64,000 nt of DNA from an uncultured bacterium (lineage in GTDB: Bacteria; Krumholzibacteriota; Krumholzibacteriia; Krumholzibacteriales; WJIX01), in contig CAZKNG010000002.1 of NCBI GenBank assembly GCA_964554125.1, forward strand, positions 3,785 to 67,784. The letters run 5' to 3'. This document shows positions 1 to 9,281 of this stretch, one piece after another. Under the pieces are notes generated by a model that was given only the letters and a program-made list of their open reading frames with translations, searched no databases and had not been told where the DNA came from. Every line of letters starts with the position of its first letter. Within the stretch, counting starts at the first letter, position 1. The translations under genes and the position numbers were made by a program.

Positions 1-2
1 AC

Positions 3-197
3 GGGATCAGCAGTAATGAATCAATGATATTCAAGCAGGGGAATGACAGGGAAAGACTGTCTAAGGTCTATTGCAAGATTGATAAATCAAACGAGGATTT
101 TAATTCTATCTATATAGGAGGGCTTGCCGCTACTTCGATTGAAAGAAAGATAGAGATCGATGATAAAACCAGCGAAATAAAATTTGTTCAAACTTAA
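3..197 (+). CDS. 3' end of a gene truncated by the window start (product unknown); frame 3 is open from nt 3 to a TAA at 195-197
   Basis: Only uninterrupted frame at the window edge, followed by a terminator hairpin; no recognisable motif. Confidence 0.3.
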   Translation, partial: GISSNESMIFKQGNDRERLSKVYCKIDKSNEDFNSIYIGGLAATSIERKIEIDDKTSEIKFVQT

Positions 198-254
198 GTA
201 TATGAACTTGTAACATTTACTCAAAAGAAACACCTGGCATATTATAAAAACCAC

Positions 255-292
255 CGGATGTTAATTGACATTCCGGCGGTTTTTTTTTACAA
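255..292. terminator. Bidirectional rho-independent terminator between convergent genes
   Basis: GC-rich hairpin CACCGGA..TCCGGCGG flanked by an A-run on one side and T9 on the other; lies between the end of the upstream + gene and the end of the - strand OMP gene (318). Confidence 0.6.
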
Positions 293-317
293 ACTAATCT
301 ATTTATTGAATAAGGTC

Positions 318-812
318 CTAAAATGCGTAGCCAACGTGAAGGCCCGGCCATATAAAGAAACTTCCATCCGATATCAGACCATATGCTGTGCCGCGGAAAA
401 GAAATCCTCCCTCGGCGCGGTACTCGAATCCCAGCCCGGCGTATGTGTATGAACTTGACGCGCTGTCATCAAAAGGTCCGGAATCGAAAGAGGCGTTTAT
501 AAAGACTATTCCTCCTGTAATAAAAGGAGATCCGTTTTTTGGAAGCAGATAGGCTTTGGCTCCAAGTGGGAAGAAAATCACCGTTGCGTTGTCGTCGCTA
601 TCGCCTCCCCCGAGAGCTGAAATACCACCCTCAACTCCAATATGGTGATTAAGCATACGCTGATAGGTGAAAGAATAAGCGATAGATTTTCCTCCAATTT
701 CAATGCCGAAGTCCCCCGGATATTCGAGCCTGCTTTGAGCGAAGGCGCTCGGCTGAAAGAATATAAAAAATAATATTGAAACAACTAAAGAAAGAGCAAT
801 TCTTTTGGGCAT
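318..812 (-). CDS. Small outer-membrane beta-barrel protein (OmpW/OmpA-like porin family candidate)
   Basis: Signal peptide MPKRIALSLVVSILFFIFFQPSAFA; alternating hydrophobic/Gly-rich beta-strand pattern; C-terminal ...HVGYAF ending in Phe (OMP signature). Start moved to the internal ATG at 812, which has a GGAAGGGA SD; the track ORF extends to 860. Confidence 0.55.
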   Translation of the reverse strand: MPKRIALSLVVSILFFIFFQPSAFAQSRLEYPGDFGIEIGGKSIAYSFTYQRMLNHHIGVEGGISALGGGDSDDNATVIFFPLGAKAYLLPKNGSPFITGGIVFINASFDSGPFDDSASSSYTYAGLGFEYRAEGGFLFRGTAYGLISDGSFFIWPGLHVGYAF

Positions 813-1075
813 ATCTTTTTCCCTTCCACTAAAGTTAAAAACTTGCCTGCCGATAACCATGCCTAAGCAGAGCAGGCTAAACTAATTAAAGGATGGCCAC
901 CTTTCCTCTATAATCAAATATCTAGAGTCGCAAGATGAAACCGCCATATTGCAAAGATCATTCCAACATTAAAAAACTATAAATGCAAGAAGTTTCTCTT
1001 GATTTTGCATATAGAAAGTGAAAAAATTGCCAGTGTTATATAAAATAATTTATAAACTGAAAAAGGAAGTTAATT

Positions 1076-2806
1076 ATGAATGCCTTGCTGATTATGCTGC
1101 TGGTTTTCGCCGGTTATATAATCGCCTATCATCTTTACGGTAAATTCATTGGGAACAGAATCTTTAATCTATCCGAAGATGCCGCGGCACCCTCCGCAGA
1201 ACTTGAAGATGGGATTGATTACGTTCCCACAAAAAAAGAGATAATCTTCGGACACCATTTTACTTCAATCGCGGGGACCGGACCGATAGTAGGACCGGCT
1301 ATAGCCATTATATGGGGGTGGGTGCCCGCTTTGATCTGGATACTTGTCGGAAGCGTAGTTATGGGCGCGGTCCACGATTTCGGCGCATTGATTATATCTA
1401 TGCGTAACCAGGGTAAATCTATTGCTGAATACGCCTCCAAATATGTAAGCCCGCGAACTAGATTTTTCTTCTTTCTAATAGTTTTTCTCGAATTATGGAT
1501 TATTATAGCCATTTTCGGGTTGGTTATAGCAGTAGTTTTTTCAATGTATCCATCTTCAGTATTTCCCGTCTGGCTACAAGTGCTGATTGCTCTTGGATTG
1601 GGGTATATGATTTACAAAAAAGACGCGAATGTTAAGATATGGTCTATTGCAGCTGTTCTGCTGATGTATATAACAGTTGTTGCAGGAACATACATTCCAT
1701 TGAGCATGCCCTCTGTAGCAGGTATACCATCAACCGGTGTGTGGACTGTAATACTATTGATATACGCGTTTATAGCTTCTGTTCTTCCGGTAACCACACT
1801 CCTGCAGCCGCGTGATTATATAAATTCACACCAGCTGGTTATTGCCATGGCGCTGCTCATAGCAGGTATTATAGCTTCTGCTTTTACAGGCGACCTCGAA
1901 ATTGTAGCACCAGCCGTTCAATATGCTCCTGAAGGTGCTCCGCCCCTTTGGCCGTTTCTTTTTATAACAATAGCATGCGGGGCGATTTCCGGATTTCATT
2001 CACTTGTATCATCAGGAACATCCGCCAAGCAGGTGAGAACTGAAAAAGACTCACTCTTTGTCGGTTACGGTTCGATGCTGATGGAAGGTGCACTGGCGAC
2101 TCTCGTTATTATCGCCGTAGCTGCCGGTATAGGCATGAGCTATGTTACTCAAAATGGAGAAACGCTGACAGGTATATCTGCCTGGACCACACACTATGAG
2201 TCATGGGCCGCAGCGAAGGGACTTGGATCAAAGATCGGAGCTTTTGTCGACGGTTCAGCAAATATGATCGCCTCTACGGGTCTTTCAAGGAATATCGCCC
2301 TCGTAATAATGGGTGTCTTCGTGGCCTCATTCGCCGGAACAACCCTTGATACCGCGACCAGGATTCAGCGATATGTTATTTCAGAACTCTTCGGACATTT
2401 TAAGATGAAATTTCTTACGGGTAGATACATTGCCACCTTTATAGCGGTTTTTACAGCACTCGTGCTTGCTTTTGCCACAGGGGCGGGGGGCAGAGGAGCC
2501 TTAAAGCTATGGCCTTTGTTTGGAGCGACAAATCAAACCCTCGCGGCACTGACTCTTATAGTCATTACATTTTATCTTCGGCAGAAGGGGAAAATAAAAT
2601 TTCTGGTTTCGGCTTTGCCCGCGGCTTTTATGTCGGTGATGACGGTCTGGGCTCTTGTGCTCAACCAGGTAAAGTTCTGGGATACAAGCAATTTCCTACT
2701 TCAAATCATAAATATAACAATTTTATTTATAACCCTGTGGATTGTTTTTGAAGGATTGTTAAAACTTTTCAAGACGGTGGGAAAGGACAAATACTCACCA
2801 CAATAA
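1076..2806 (+). CDS. cstA: Carbon starvation protein A (CstA family peptide/pyruvate transporter)
   Basis: CstA hallmark GHHFTSIAGTGPIVGPAIA, ~16 TM helices, 576 aa; SD GGAAG upstream. Confidence 0.9.
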   Translation: MNALLIMLLVFAGYIIAYHLYGKFIGNRIFNLSEDAAAPSAELEDGIDYVPTKKEIIFGHHFTSIAGTGPIVGPAIAIIWGWVPALIWILVGSVVMGAVHDFGALIISMRNQGKSIAEYASKYVSPRTRFFFFLIVFLELWIIIAIFGLVIAVVFSMYPSSVFPVWLQVLIALGLGYMIYKKDANVKIWSIAAVLLMYITVVAGTYIPLSMPSVAGIPSTGVWTVILLIYAFIASVLPVTTLLQPRDYINSHQLVIAMALLIAGIIASAFTGDLEIVAPAVQYAPEGAPPLWPFLFITIACGAISGFHSLVSSGTSAKQVRTEKDSLFVGYGSMLMEGALATLVIIAVAAGIGMSYVTQNGETLTGISAWTTHYESWAAAKGLGSKIGAFVDGSANMIASTGLSRNIALVIMGVFVASFAGTTLDTATRIQRYVISELFGHFKMKFLTGRYIATFIAVFTALVLAFATGAGGRGALKLWPLFGATNQTLAALTLIVITFYLRQKGKIKFLVSALPAAFMSVMTVWALVLNQVKFWDTSNFLLQIINITILFITLWIVFEGLLKLFKTVGKDKYSPQ

Positions 2807-2912
2807 AGTATAGAGAGTATTATGTATTAATTATTAATATTTTATAAACTTCATGCAGACAAGGTGATAACACTATCAGCTAAACCATATTATCATACAT
2901 TACCAAAACAAT

Positions 2913-3344
2913 ATGATGGAATATCTGAAAAGGATATATTTAAGGCTTCTCATTCCCGCATTGGCAGGTTTTATATCTGTTTCCCTGCTCAAAAGATACG
3001 GAATAGTTATTCCGGAAAAGTTCAACCCATCTAAAATCCTAAGCGCCGGTATCCTGATAATTTCTTCAATTACCGCATTAGCCGGCCCGGTATTTATCAG
3101 AGCCGTTTTCGCGAATAGTGTAAAGGGGAAAAAGTTAACGCAGGAGGACAAATTTTTAGCATTCGAAAAGAACTTGATAAGATTAGCGCTTATAACCCCG
3201 TATTGTTGTATAGCTGCATATATCTTTGATCTTACATCTTTTTATATGGCTGCTGTTTTTCTACTTACACTTTATTCTCTGTACTACTTTTATCCTTCAG
3301 AGAGAAGAATAAAGTTTGAAAGAAGAATATTCAGAGTCAAATAA
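2913..3344 (+). CDS. Hypothetical small integral membrane protein (4 predicted TM)
   Basis: Hydrophobic segments; no recognised motif; codon usage consistent with neighbours. Confidence 0.4.
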   Translation: MMEYLKRIYLRLLIPALAGFISVSLLKRYGIVIPEKFNPSKILSAGILIISSITALAGPVFIRAVFANSVKGKKLTQEDKFLAFEKNLIRLALITPYCCIAAYIFDLTSFYMAAVFLLTLYSLYYFYPSERRIKFERRIFRVK

Positions 3345-3464
3345 AGATCTTCAAATAAAAGCAATATTTTCTCTGACCGTGTAGCAATCTTGTCTCCTGG
3401 TAATATCTGTCATCCAATATACAAAGAAATTCTAAAATCAGTAACCTGAACGATTAACTAAAAA

Positions 3465-3498
3465 GTTGACATAGCAACCCCGTTAGCTTACCATGCAC
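3465..3498 (+). promoter_or_regulatory. Sigma70-like promoter upstream of scpA (TTGACA-17 nt-TACCAT)
   Basis: aaaaGTTGACAtagcaaccccgttagctTACCATgcacc; the -10 overlaps the first ATG of the track ORF, so the true scpA start is probably the ATG at 3514 or 3541. Confidence 0.4.
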
Positions 3499-4293
3499 CA
3501 GGAATTCCCTTTTATGAGTCAGGCGGAAAAATATCTTATGTTTGAAAAAGAATCGGAAAGAAAAGAAACACCATATCAGGTAAGGCTGGATCATTTTGAA
3601 GGACCGCTTGACCTTCTCCTTCATCTTATTCGGAGAGACAAGATAAACATTTACGATATACCTATATCACATATAACACGTGAGTACCTTTCCTATATTG
3701 ATATGATGAAGGAACTTGAACTCGAAGTAGCGGGAGAGTTCTTCGTTATGGCAGCTACTCTTATGAGGATAAAAGTTCAGATGCTTCTGCCGAAAAGAGA
3801 GATCGAGGAAGAAGATGATGAAGATCCCAGGGAAGAGCTTGTAAAGAATTTGATAGAATACAAGAAATTCAAGAAAGCTGCCGATCATCTTGCCGGCAGG
3901 GAAACAGAAAGAAGGGATCTTTTTGTTCGGCCCGTTCCAGACTGTGTAAGGGAAGAGGATGATTCCGAAACAATGGAACTGTCACTATTTGATCTTATGG
4001 ATGCTTTTAAGACTATTTTGAAGGATTTAAAGGAAGAGATCAAATACAAAGTTGAAATCGAGAAATTCACTGTCAATGAAAAGATTTCATTCATAAAGGA
4101 TAAACTAAGCGGTAATTCTGAAGTTCTATTCACAGAACTTTTTGAAGATGTAGGCGGAAGGATAGAGATTATTGTCACTTTAATAGCCATTTTAGAACTC
4201 GTGCGTGACGGTTTTATCATGGCCCGCCAGATGTCCGGCCGTAACGACATCTGGCTTTACGCTAAAGAAGACGATCCTGTCCCTGAAAGATGA
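3493..4293 (+). CDS. scpA: Segregation and condensation protein A (kleisin ScpA); real start likely 3514 or 3541
   Basis: LDHFEGPLDLLLHLIRRDKINIYDIPISHITREYLSYI matches the ScpA N-terminal signature; stop overlaps scpB start (ATGA). Confidence 0.85.
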   Translation: MHQEFPFMSQAEKYLMFEKESERKETPYQVRLDHFEGPLDLLLHLIRRDKINIYDIPISHITREYLSYIDMMKELELEVAGEFFVMAATLMRIKVQMLLPKREIEEEDDEDPREELVKNLIEYKKFKKAADHLAGRETERRDLFVRPVPDCVREEDDSETMELSLFDLMDAFKTILKDLKEEIKYKVEIEKFTVNEKISFIKDKLSGNSEVLFTELFEDVGGRIEIIVTLIAILELVRDGFIMARQMSGRNDIWLYAKEDDPVPER

Positions 4294-5036
4294 TTATGGA
4301 TAACAATTTCGATAAACAGCGTGAGCATATTATTGAAAAGCAGGTTGAAGCCCTCCTCTTTGCGTCTGATTCACCTCTTTCTGTCCGTAAACTCGTAAAA
4401 TTAACCGAAGCCCCGTCTGGAAAATATATAACATCGGCAATTGAATCACTTTCCACCTTCTACGCTGAAAATTTTAGAAGTTTTCAAATAGTCGAGGTTG
4501 CAGGAGGTTTTCAACTGACAACACTGCCTGAATTTTCTTTTTTAGTTAAAAACCTTTATAAAAACAAAAGGAAGTCAAAACTTTCCAGGGCCGCGCTTGA
4601 AACACTTGCTATTATAGCTTATAAGCAGTCTGTGAGCCGGCACGAAATAGAGAATATAAGAGGGGTTAACTGTGACGGGGTTCTTTCGACTCTTACAGAA
4701 AGGGAGTTGATTACTGTATCCGGGCGAGGCGATGGCATTGGAAAGCCTTTTCTATATTCCACAACAAAGAAATTCCTCGAATATCTGGGACTTAAAAATT
4801 ACAGAGAACTTCCCTCGATCGAGGAATTTGAAACAGAAATTCAAGCTCTGAATATATTGAATTCCAAGCTCAATGACAGAAATGAGGATTTCGGAAATGA
4901 AGCCGGGAGGGATAAGTCGCAGGGCGAGATGGTTGAAGATATATCAGAAAACAAGGGCGCTGAAGTGAAAAGTGAAGACAATAAATCGGATGAATGCGGC
5001 AGAGAAGAAGATCAAATAATATCAGATGACGAATAA
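4290..5036 (+). CDS. scpB: Segregation and condensation protein B (ScpB) with ~70-aa acidic C-terminal extension
   Basis: EALLFASDSPLSVRKLVKL... twin winged-helix ScpB pattern; C-terminal D/E-rich low-complexity tail. Confidence 0.85.
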   Translation: MIMDNNFDKQREHIIEKQVEALLFASDSPLSVRKLVKLTEAPSGKYITSAIESLSTFYAENFRSFQIVEVAGGFQLTTLPEFSFLVKNLYKNKRKSKLSRAALETLAIIAYKQSVSRHEIENIRGVNCDGVLSTLTERELITVSGRGDGIGKPFLYSTTKKFLEYLGLKNYRELPSIEEFETEIQALNILNSKLNDRNEDFGNEAGRDKSQGEMVEDISENKGAEVKSEDNKSDECGREEDQIISDDE

Positions 5037-5778
5037 AATCAGGATAAACCGCTATCTCGCGGGAGCGGGACTTGGTTCAAGAAGAAAATGCGAAAGATTT
5101 ATACTCAACGGGTCAGTGAAAGTAAATGGCAATACTGTAAACAGGCTTTCATTAAAAGTAGATCCTGAAAAAGATATTGTCATATTTGACGGAAAAGAAA
5201 TTAAATACAATAGTGAAAAAACTCTTCTTGTTCTTAATAAACCCGCCGGAGTTCTCTCTTCGGTGAGCGATGACCGCGGAAGGAAAACAGTAATCGACAT
5301 TGCGAGAGAAAAGGGATATTCAAAAAGATTATACCCGGTAGGCAGATTGGATATCGACACAACAGGGGTTATCTTGCTTACTGATGATGGTGACCTGGCT
5401 TACAGATTAACTCATCCCAAACATGAGATACCAAAGATATATCAAGCCAGAGTAAAAGGGAAGATTGACAGGAATGCTTTAAGAAAAGTATCTGGAGGGG
5501 TAGACATCGGCGGTTACATAACAGACCCCTGTAAAGTTGAAGAAAAAAGAATTTCATCAGAATTTTCGGATATAGAAGTTACAATAAAAGAAGGAAAAAA
5601 TAGACAGATCAAAAAAATGTTTGATGCTGTCGGTTATAAAGTGATTAGATTGAATAGAAAAAGTATGGGAGGACTGGAATTCGGCAACCTAAAGATCGGA
5701 GAAATCAGAGCTCTTTCGAAGAGCGAAGAAAATTTCCTGAGAGAAAAAACAGGAGTAACAACAAAGGAGAATAAATGA
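5026..5778 (+). CDS. rluB: 23S/16S rRNA pseudouridine synthase, RsuA/RluB family (S4 domain + PseudoU_synth_2)
   Basis: N-terminal S4 RNA-binding (RINRYLAGAGLGSRRKCERFILNGSVKVNG), catalytic PVGRLDIDTTGVILLTDDGDLAYRLTHP; conserved position after scpB. Confidence 0.8.
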   Translation: MTNKIRINRYLAGAGLGSRRKCERFILNGSVKVNGNTVNRLSLKVDPEKDIVIFDGKEIKYNSEKTLLVLNKPAGVLSSVSDDRGRKTVIDIAREKGYSKRLYPVGRLDIDTTGVILLTDDGDLAYRLTHPKHEIPKIYQARVKGKIDRNALRKVSGGVDIGGYITDPCKVEEKRISSEFSDIEVTIKEGKNRQIKKMFDAVGYKVIRLNRKSMGGLEFGNLKIGEIRALSKSEENFLREKTGVTTKENK

Positions 5779-6878
5779 AGTTCAAAAATCTGATGAGGCC
5801 TCATCTGGAAGACTTGAAACCATATATTCCGGGAAAGCCGATAGAAGAACTCAGAAGAGAAAAAAATATTGAGGGCGAAATAATAAAACTCGCTTCAAAT
5901 GAAAACCCTAATGAGGCTATTGAGGAGATAAAAAAGGCTATCGCCGAAGAAACTGATTTCATAAACAGGTATCCTAATTCCGGTTCACATTATCTCTCCA
6001 GAGACCTCGCGGAGCATATCGGAGTCAGGCAGGAGAATATATTTGTGGGTAACGGATCAAACGAGATCCTCGATCTTCTCGTAAGGGCGTTTGTATGCAG
6101 CAATGAAGAGATCGTATACCCGTTTCCAAGTTTCATTGCCTATCCTCTTATTATAAAACTCGGAGGGGTAAAAGAGGTCAGAGTTCCTCTGAAGAATTAT
6201 CGTATGGACCTGGTAAAAATGAAAAACAGTATAACGCCCAGAACAAAAATGGTCTTTTTATGCAATCCGAATAACCCGACAAGCACATATGTCTCAGCTG
6301 ATGAAGTGGCTGAATTCCTTGAGGATCTGCCGGATAATATTATTGTAGTATTTGATGAAGCCTACTATGAATTCGTGACCGCTGATGATTTTCCTGACAC
6401 CGTCGGCTTGCTTAAATCTATGGATAACCTGGTTATACTCAGGACATTCTCAAAGTTTTACTCGTTGGCCGGACTGAGGGTAGGATACTCAATATCAGAT
6501 CCCGGTCTTGTCAAGTGCCTTCATAGTGTCAGGCAGCCGTTTAATGTGAACAGAATAGCTCAGGCAGCCGCGAGGACTGCTCTGAAATATACAGAAAAAT
6601 TAAAAGTTCTCTTGAAAGAAAACTCAGAGCAGCTGGAGTTTGTGGGAAGTGAGCTGAGAAAATTGGGATTTACCGTACCTCATTCTCAAACCAATTTCCT
6701 GCTTGCTGTACCGCCTGAAAAGATCGAACCCGGGATTGTTGAAAAACTAATGGAAAGAGGTGTCATTGTTAGAAGTATGAAGCCTTTTGGTCTCGGGGAG
6801 AATTCAATAAGGGTTACGATGGGCACTCCGCATGAAAATGCAAGATTTATAGAGGAATTGAAATCAATAATTAATTAA
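5775..6878 (+). CDS. hisC: Histidinol-phosphate aminotransferase
   Basis: KLASNENP motif, PLP-fold class II aminotransferase, 367 aa; AAGGAG SD; ATGA overlap with rluB. Confidence 0.85.
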   Translation: MKFKNLMRPHLEDLKPYIPGKPIEELRREKNIEGEIIKLASNENPNEAIEEIKKAIAEETDFINRYPNSGSHYLSRDLAEHIGVRQENIFVGNGSNEILDLLVRAFVCSNEEIVYPFPSFIAYPLIIKLGGVKEVRVPLKNYRMDLVKMKNSITPRTKMVFLCNPNNPTSTYVSADEVAEFLEDLPDNIIVVFDEAYYEFVTADDFPDTVGLLKSMDNLVILRTFSKFYSLAGLRVGYSISDPGLVKCLHSVRQPFNVNRIAQAAARTALKYTEKLKVLLKENSEQLEFVGSELRKLGFTVPHSQTNFLLAVPPEKIEPGIVEKLMERGVIVRSMKPFGLGENSIRVTMGTPHENARFIEELKSIIN

Positions 6879-6989
6879 ACTCCGCTGGTAGATAAAGAAA
6901 CTTTACACCAGTAAAATAATTCTACTGATTTCATTATCGATTATCATAATTTCGCGTTAGTTCTATACTAAAAGAGGATAATTAAGAGC

Positions 6990-8342
6990 ATGATGAATGA
7001 GAAAATACAGAATAGAATCATAAACAAGATGATCATAACTATTGACGGACCTGCAGGCTCCGGGAAAAGTACCACCGCGTCATTGCTTGCTGAAAGGCTT
7101 AATTTAACTTATCTCGATACCGGAGCCATGTACAGGGCGGTTACTTACGCCGTTCTTGAAAATGGAGTTGATCCGGAAAATAATGAAGGTGTTGCTGAAA
7201 TAGTAGAAGGGATCGACCTGGAATTCGGCGAATTCGAAGATAAGAAAGTAATTCTTTTAAATGGTAAAAAGATTGAAAAAGAGATTAGAGACTCTAAGGT
7301 TTCCAATTCGGTATCAAAAATCAGCAGGCTCGGCTGTGTGCGGCGCGAGATGGTAAAACTACAGAGAAAGATAGCAAAAGATGGAGGTATAGTAGCAGAG
7401 GGACGTGATCTTGGGACAGTTGTTTTTCCTTACGCTCATTTCAAAATATTTCTGGTTGCCGGCATAGAAGCCAGAGTAACGAGGAGAGTAGCTCAGCTGA
7501 AATCTATGGGGCTGGACTTTGACCCTGAAAAGGTAAGGGAAAATATTTTAAAAAGAGATTCAATTGATTCTTCCCGGGAAATCAGTCCTCTTGTTAAATC
7601 TCCGGGTGCGTTAGTTGTTGATACATCCGGTATTACCATACGCGAACAGGTAGCCATGGTTGAAAATCATGCTTTGAAGAGAGCTGAATATCTTGAAAAA
7701 ATAGGATTTGAGAGTGACAAAGAATATCCTTTACGCGGGAAGTTTTATTACAGATTTACGGTGTTACTTGTACGATTAATTTATAGATTTATATTCGGAC
7801 TTAAAATATACGGAAAAGAAAATCTTAAATTCAAAGGTCCTGTTATTTTCGCCAGCAACCATAGCTCTTTGAGCGATCCTCCTATAGTTGCTACCTCTTT
7901 AAAAAGAAAGGTATGGATACTTGCCAAAAAAGAACTCTTCGAGAATCCGGTCTTTTCCGCACTGATAAGAAAATACCATTCTGTCCCAATTAATCGGAAT
8001 AGCTTTGACAGGAAGGCTCTTTCCACTTTAATAAATAAATTGAAAGAAAAGGAATCGATACTTATGTTTCCGCAGGGTACCAGGTCTAAGGTCGATAAGA
8101 TTGAAGAACTGAAAGTAGGCATAGGATTTATTGCTATGCGGGCGCGGGCGAATATAATTCCCGTTTATCTCAGGGGTTCGAATCACCTGCTCAGAGCAAT
8201 GCTGAGACTTGAAAAACTGCAATTGAAGATAGGACCGCCGATATTAATAAATAACAGCTACGGGTCTGACGACAGGAAAAGAGATTACAGAATAATATCT
8301 TCAATGATTATCGAGGAAATGAGGATGCTTGAAGGTGAATGA
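6990..8342 (+). CDS. cmk: Bifunctional fusion: cytidylate kinase (N) + 1-acyl-sn-glycerol-3-phosphate acyltransferase PlsC-like (C)
   Basis: N-terminal IDGPAGSGKSTTASLLAERLNLTYLDTGAMYRAV (Cmk P-loop/NMP-binding); C-terminal FASNHSSLSDPP (HX4D acyltransferase motif) and FPQGTRS (FPEGTRS motif); single 450-aa ORF without internal stop. Confidence 0.8.
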   Translation: MMNEKIQNRIINKMIITIDGPAGSGKSTTASLLAERLNLTYLDTGAMYRAVTYAVLENGVDPENNEGVAEIVEGIDLEFGEFEDKKVILLNGKKIEKEIRDSKVSNSVSKISRLGCVRREMVKLQRKIAKDGGIVAEGRDLGTVVFPYAHFKIFLVAGIEARVTRRVAQLKSMGLDFDPEKVRENILKRDSIDSSREISPLVKSPGALVVDTSGITIREQVAMVENHALKRAEYLEKIGFESDKEYPLRGKFYYRFTVLLVRLIYRFIFGLKIYGKENLKFKGPVIFASNHSSLSDPPIVATSLKRKVWILAKKELFENPVFSALIRKYHSVPINRNSFDRKALSTLINKLKEKESILMFPQGTRSKVDKIEELKVGIGFIAMRARANIIPVYLRGSNHLLRAMLRLEKLQLKIGPPILINNSYGSDDRKRDYRIISSMIIEEMRMLEGE

Positions 8343-9198
8343 AAAATTCAAAATAATAACATCTCCCCACATGGGTTACTGCTTTGGAGTCAAAAGAGCC
8401 ATAAAGCTGCTTATGGAAGGTGTTGGCGAGTTTGGTGGGGATAATATTTACACACTCGGGGAGATAATCCATAACCCTCAAGCAGTTCAAAAAATCAAGA
8501 ATATGGGAGTAAAATCTGCAGAATCCCTTTCAGATGTCAGCAAAGGGGATACCTTAGTGATAAGAGCGCACGGAGTTGAGCGGGATATCTTTGATGCGGC
8601 GCGCCGAAAGAGAATAAATCTAATAGATACAACATGTCCCTTTGTGAAAAGAAGCCAGGAATACGTCCAGAGGCTTCACTCTCAAGGCAGGTCTGTAATA
8701 ATAATAGGACACAGCGACCATCCCGAGGTGATAGGGATCTCAGGACACGCTAAGAATAAACCTATTGTAATAAAATCGGTTGAAGAAGCAGAATCTCTTT
8801 CATCCCTGCGCAAGGCAGGCGTAATTACACAAACCACATTCTCAAGGGAAAAATCAGATCTATTTATTGAAGTACTAAAAAACCATATACCAGATCTTAT
8901 AGTCTATGACACTATATGCCAGGCAACTGTCAGAAGGCAAATAGCTACTATGAGTATTGCCAGTGAAGTTGATATAATGCTTGTTGTAGGGGGCAAGAAA
9001 AGCTCAAATACAAAGCGGCTGCACATGATGTGTCTTGAGAACGGCATTTCCTCCAAGCATATCGAGGTTGCGGCTGAAATCGATCCCGGCTGGTTTGAAG
9101 GTGTTGACAAAATTGGGCTTACCACGGGCACATCAACACCAGATTGGGTGATTGAGGAAGTTGAGAAGAAACTCAATGAACTGGCGGCTTCCGGCTAG
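8329..9198 (+). CDS. ispH: 4-hydroxy-3-methylbut-2-enyl diphosphate reductase (IspH/LytB); TTG or GTG start
   Basis: ITSPHMGYCFGVKRAI, HNPQAVQ, TTCPFV motifs of IspH; canonical cmk-ispH-rpsA neighbourhood. Confidence 0.9.
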   Translation: MKVNEKFKIITSPHMGYCFGVKRAIKLLMEGVGEFGGDNIYTLGEIIHNPQAVQKIKNMGVKSAESLSDVSKGDTLVIRAHGVERDIFDAARRKRINLIDTTCPFVKRSQEYVQRLHSQGRSVIIIGHSDHPEVIGISGHAKNKPIVIKSVEEAESLSSLRKAGVITQTTFSREKSDLFIEVLKNHIPDLIVYDTICQATVRRQIATMSIASEVDIMLVVGGKKSSNTKRLHMMCLENGISSKHIEVAAEIDPGWFEGVDKIGLTTGTSTPDWVIEEVEKKLNELAASG

Positions 9199-9281
9199 AA
9201 AAGTTATAGTAGAATTAACTTGCGTATAGAGCAGAAACTACCTATCATAAACTACAAAAATACGAAAGGAGCGATTTATTA

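Noticed and set aside
258-452. 64-aa + ORF and 578..784 - ORF
   Set aside because: Lie inside or antisense to the OMP gene and terminator; no support
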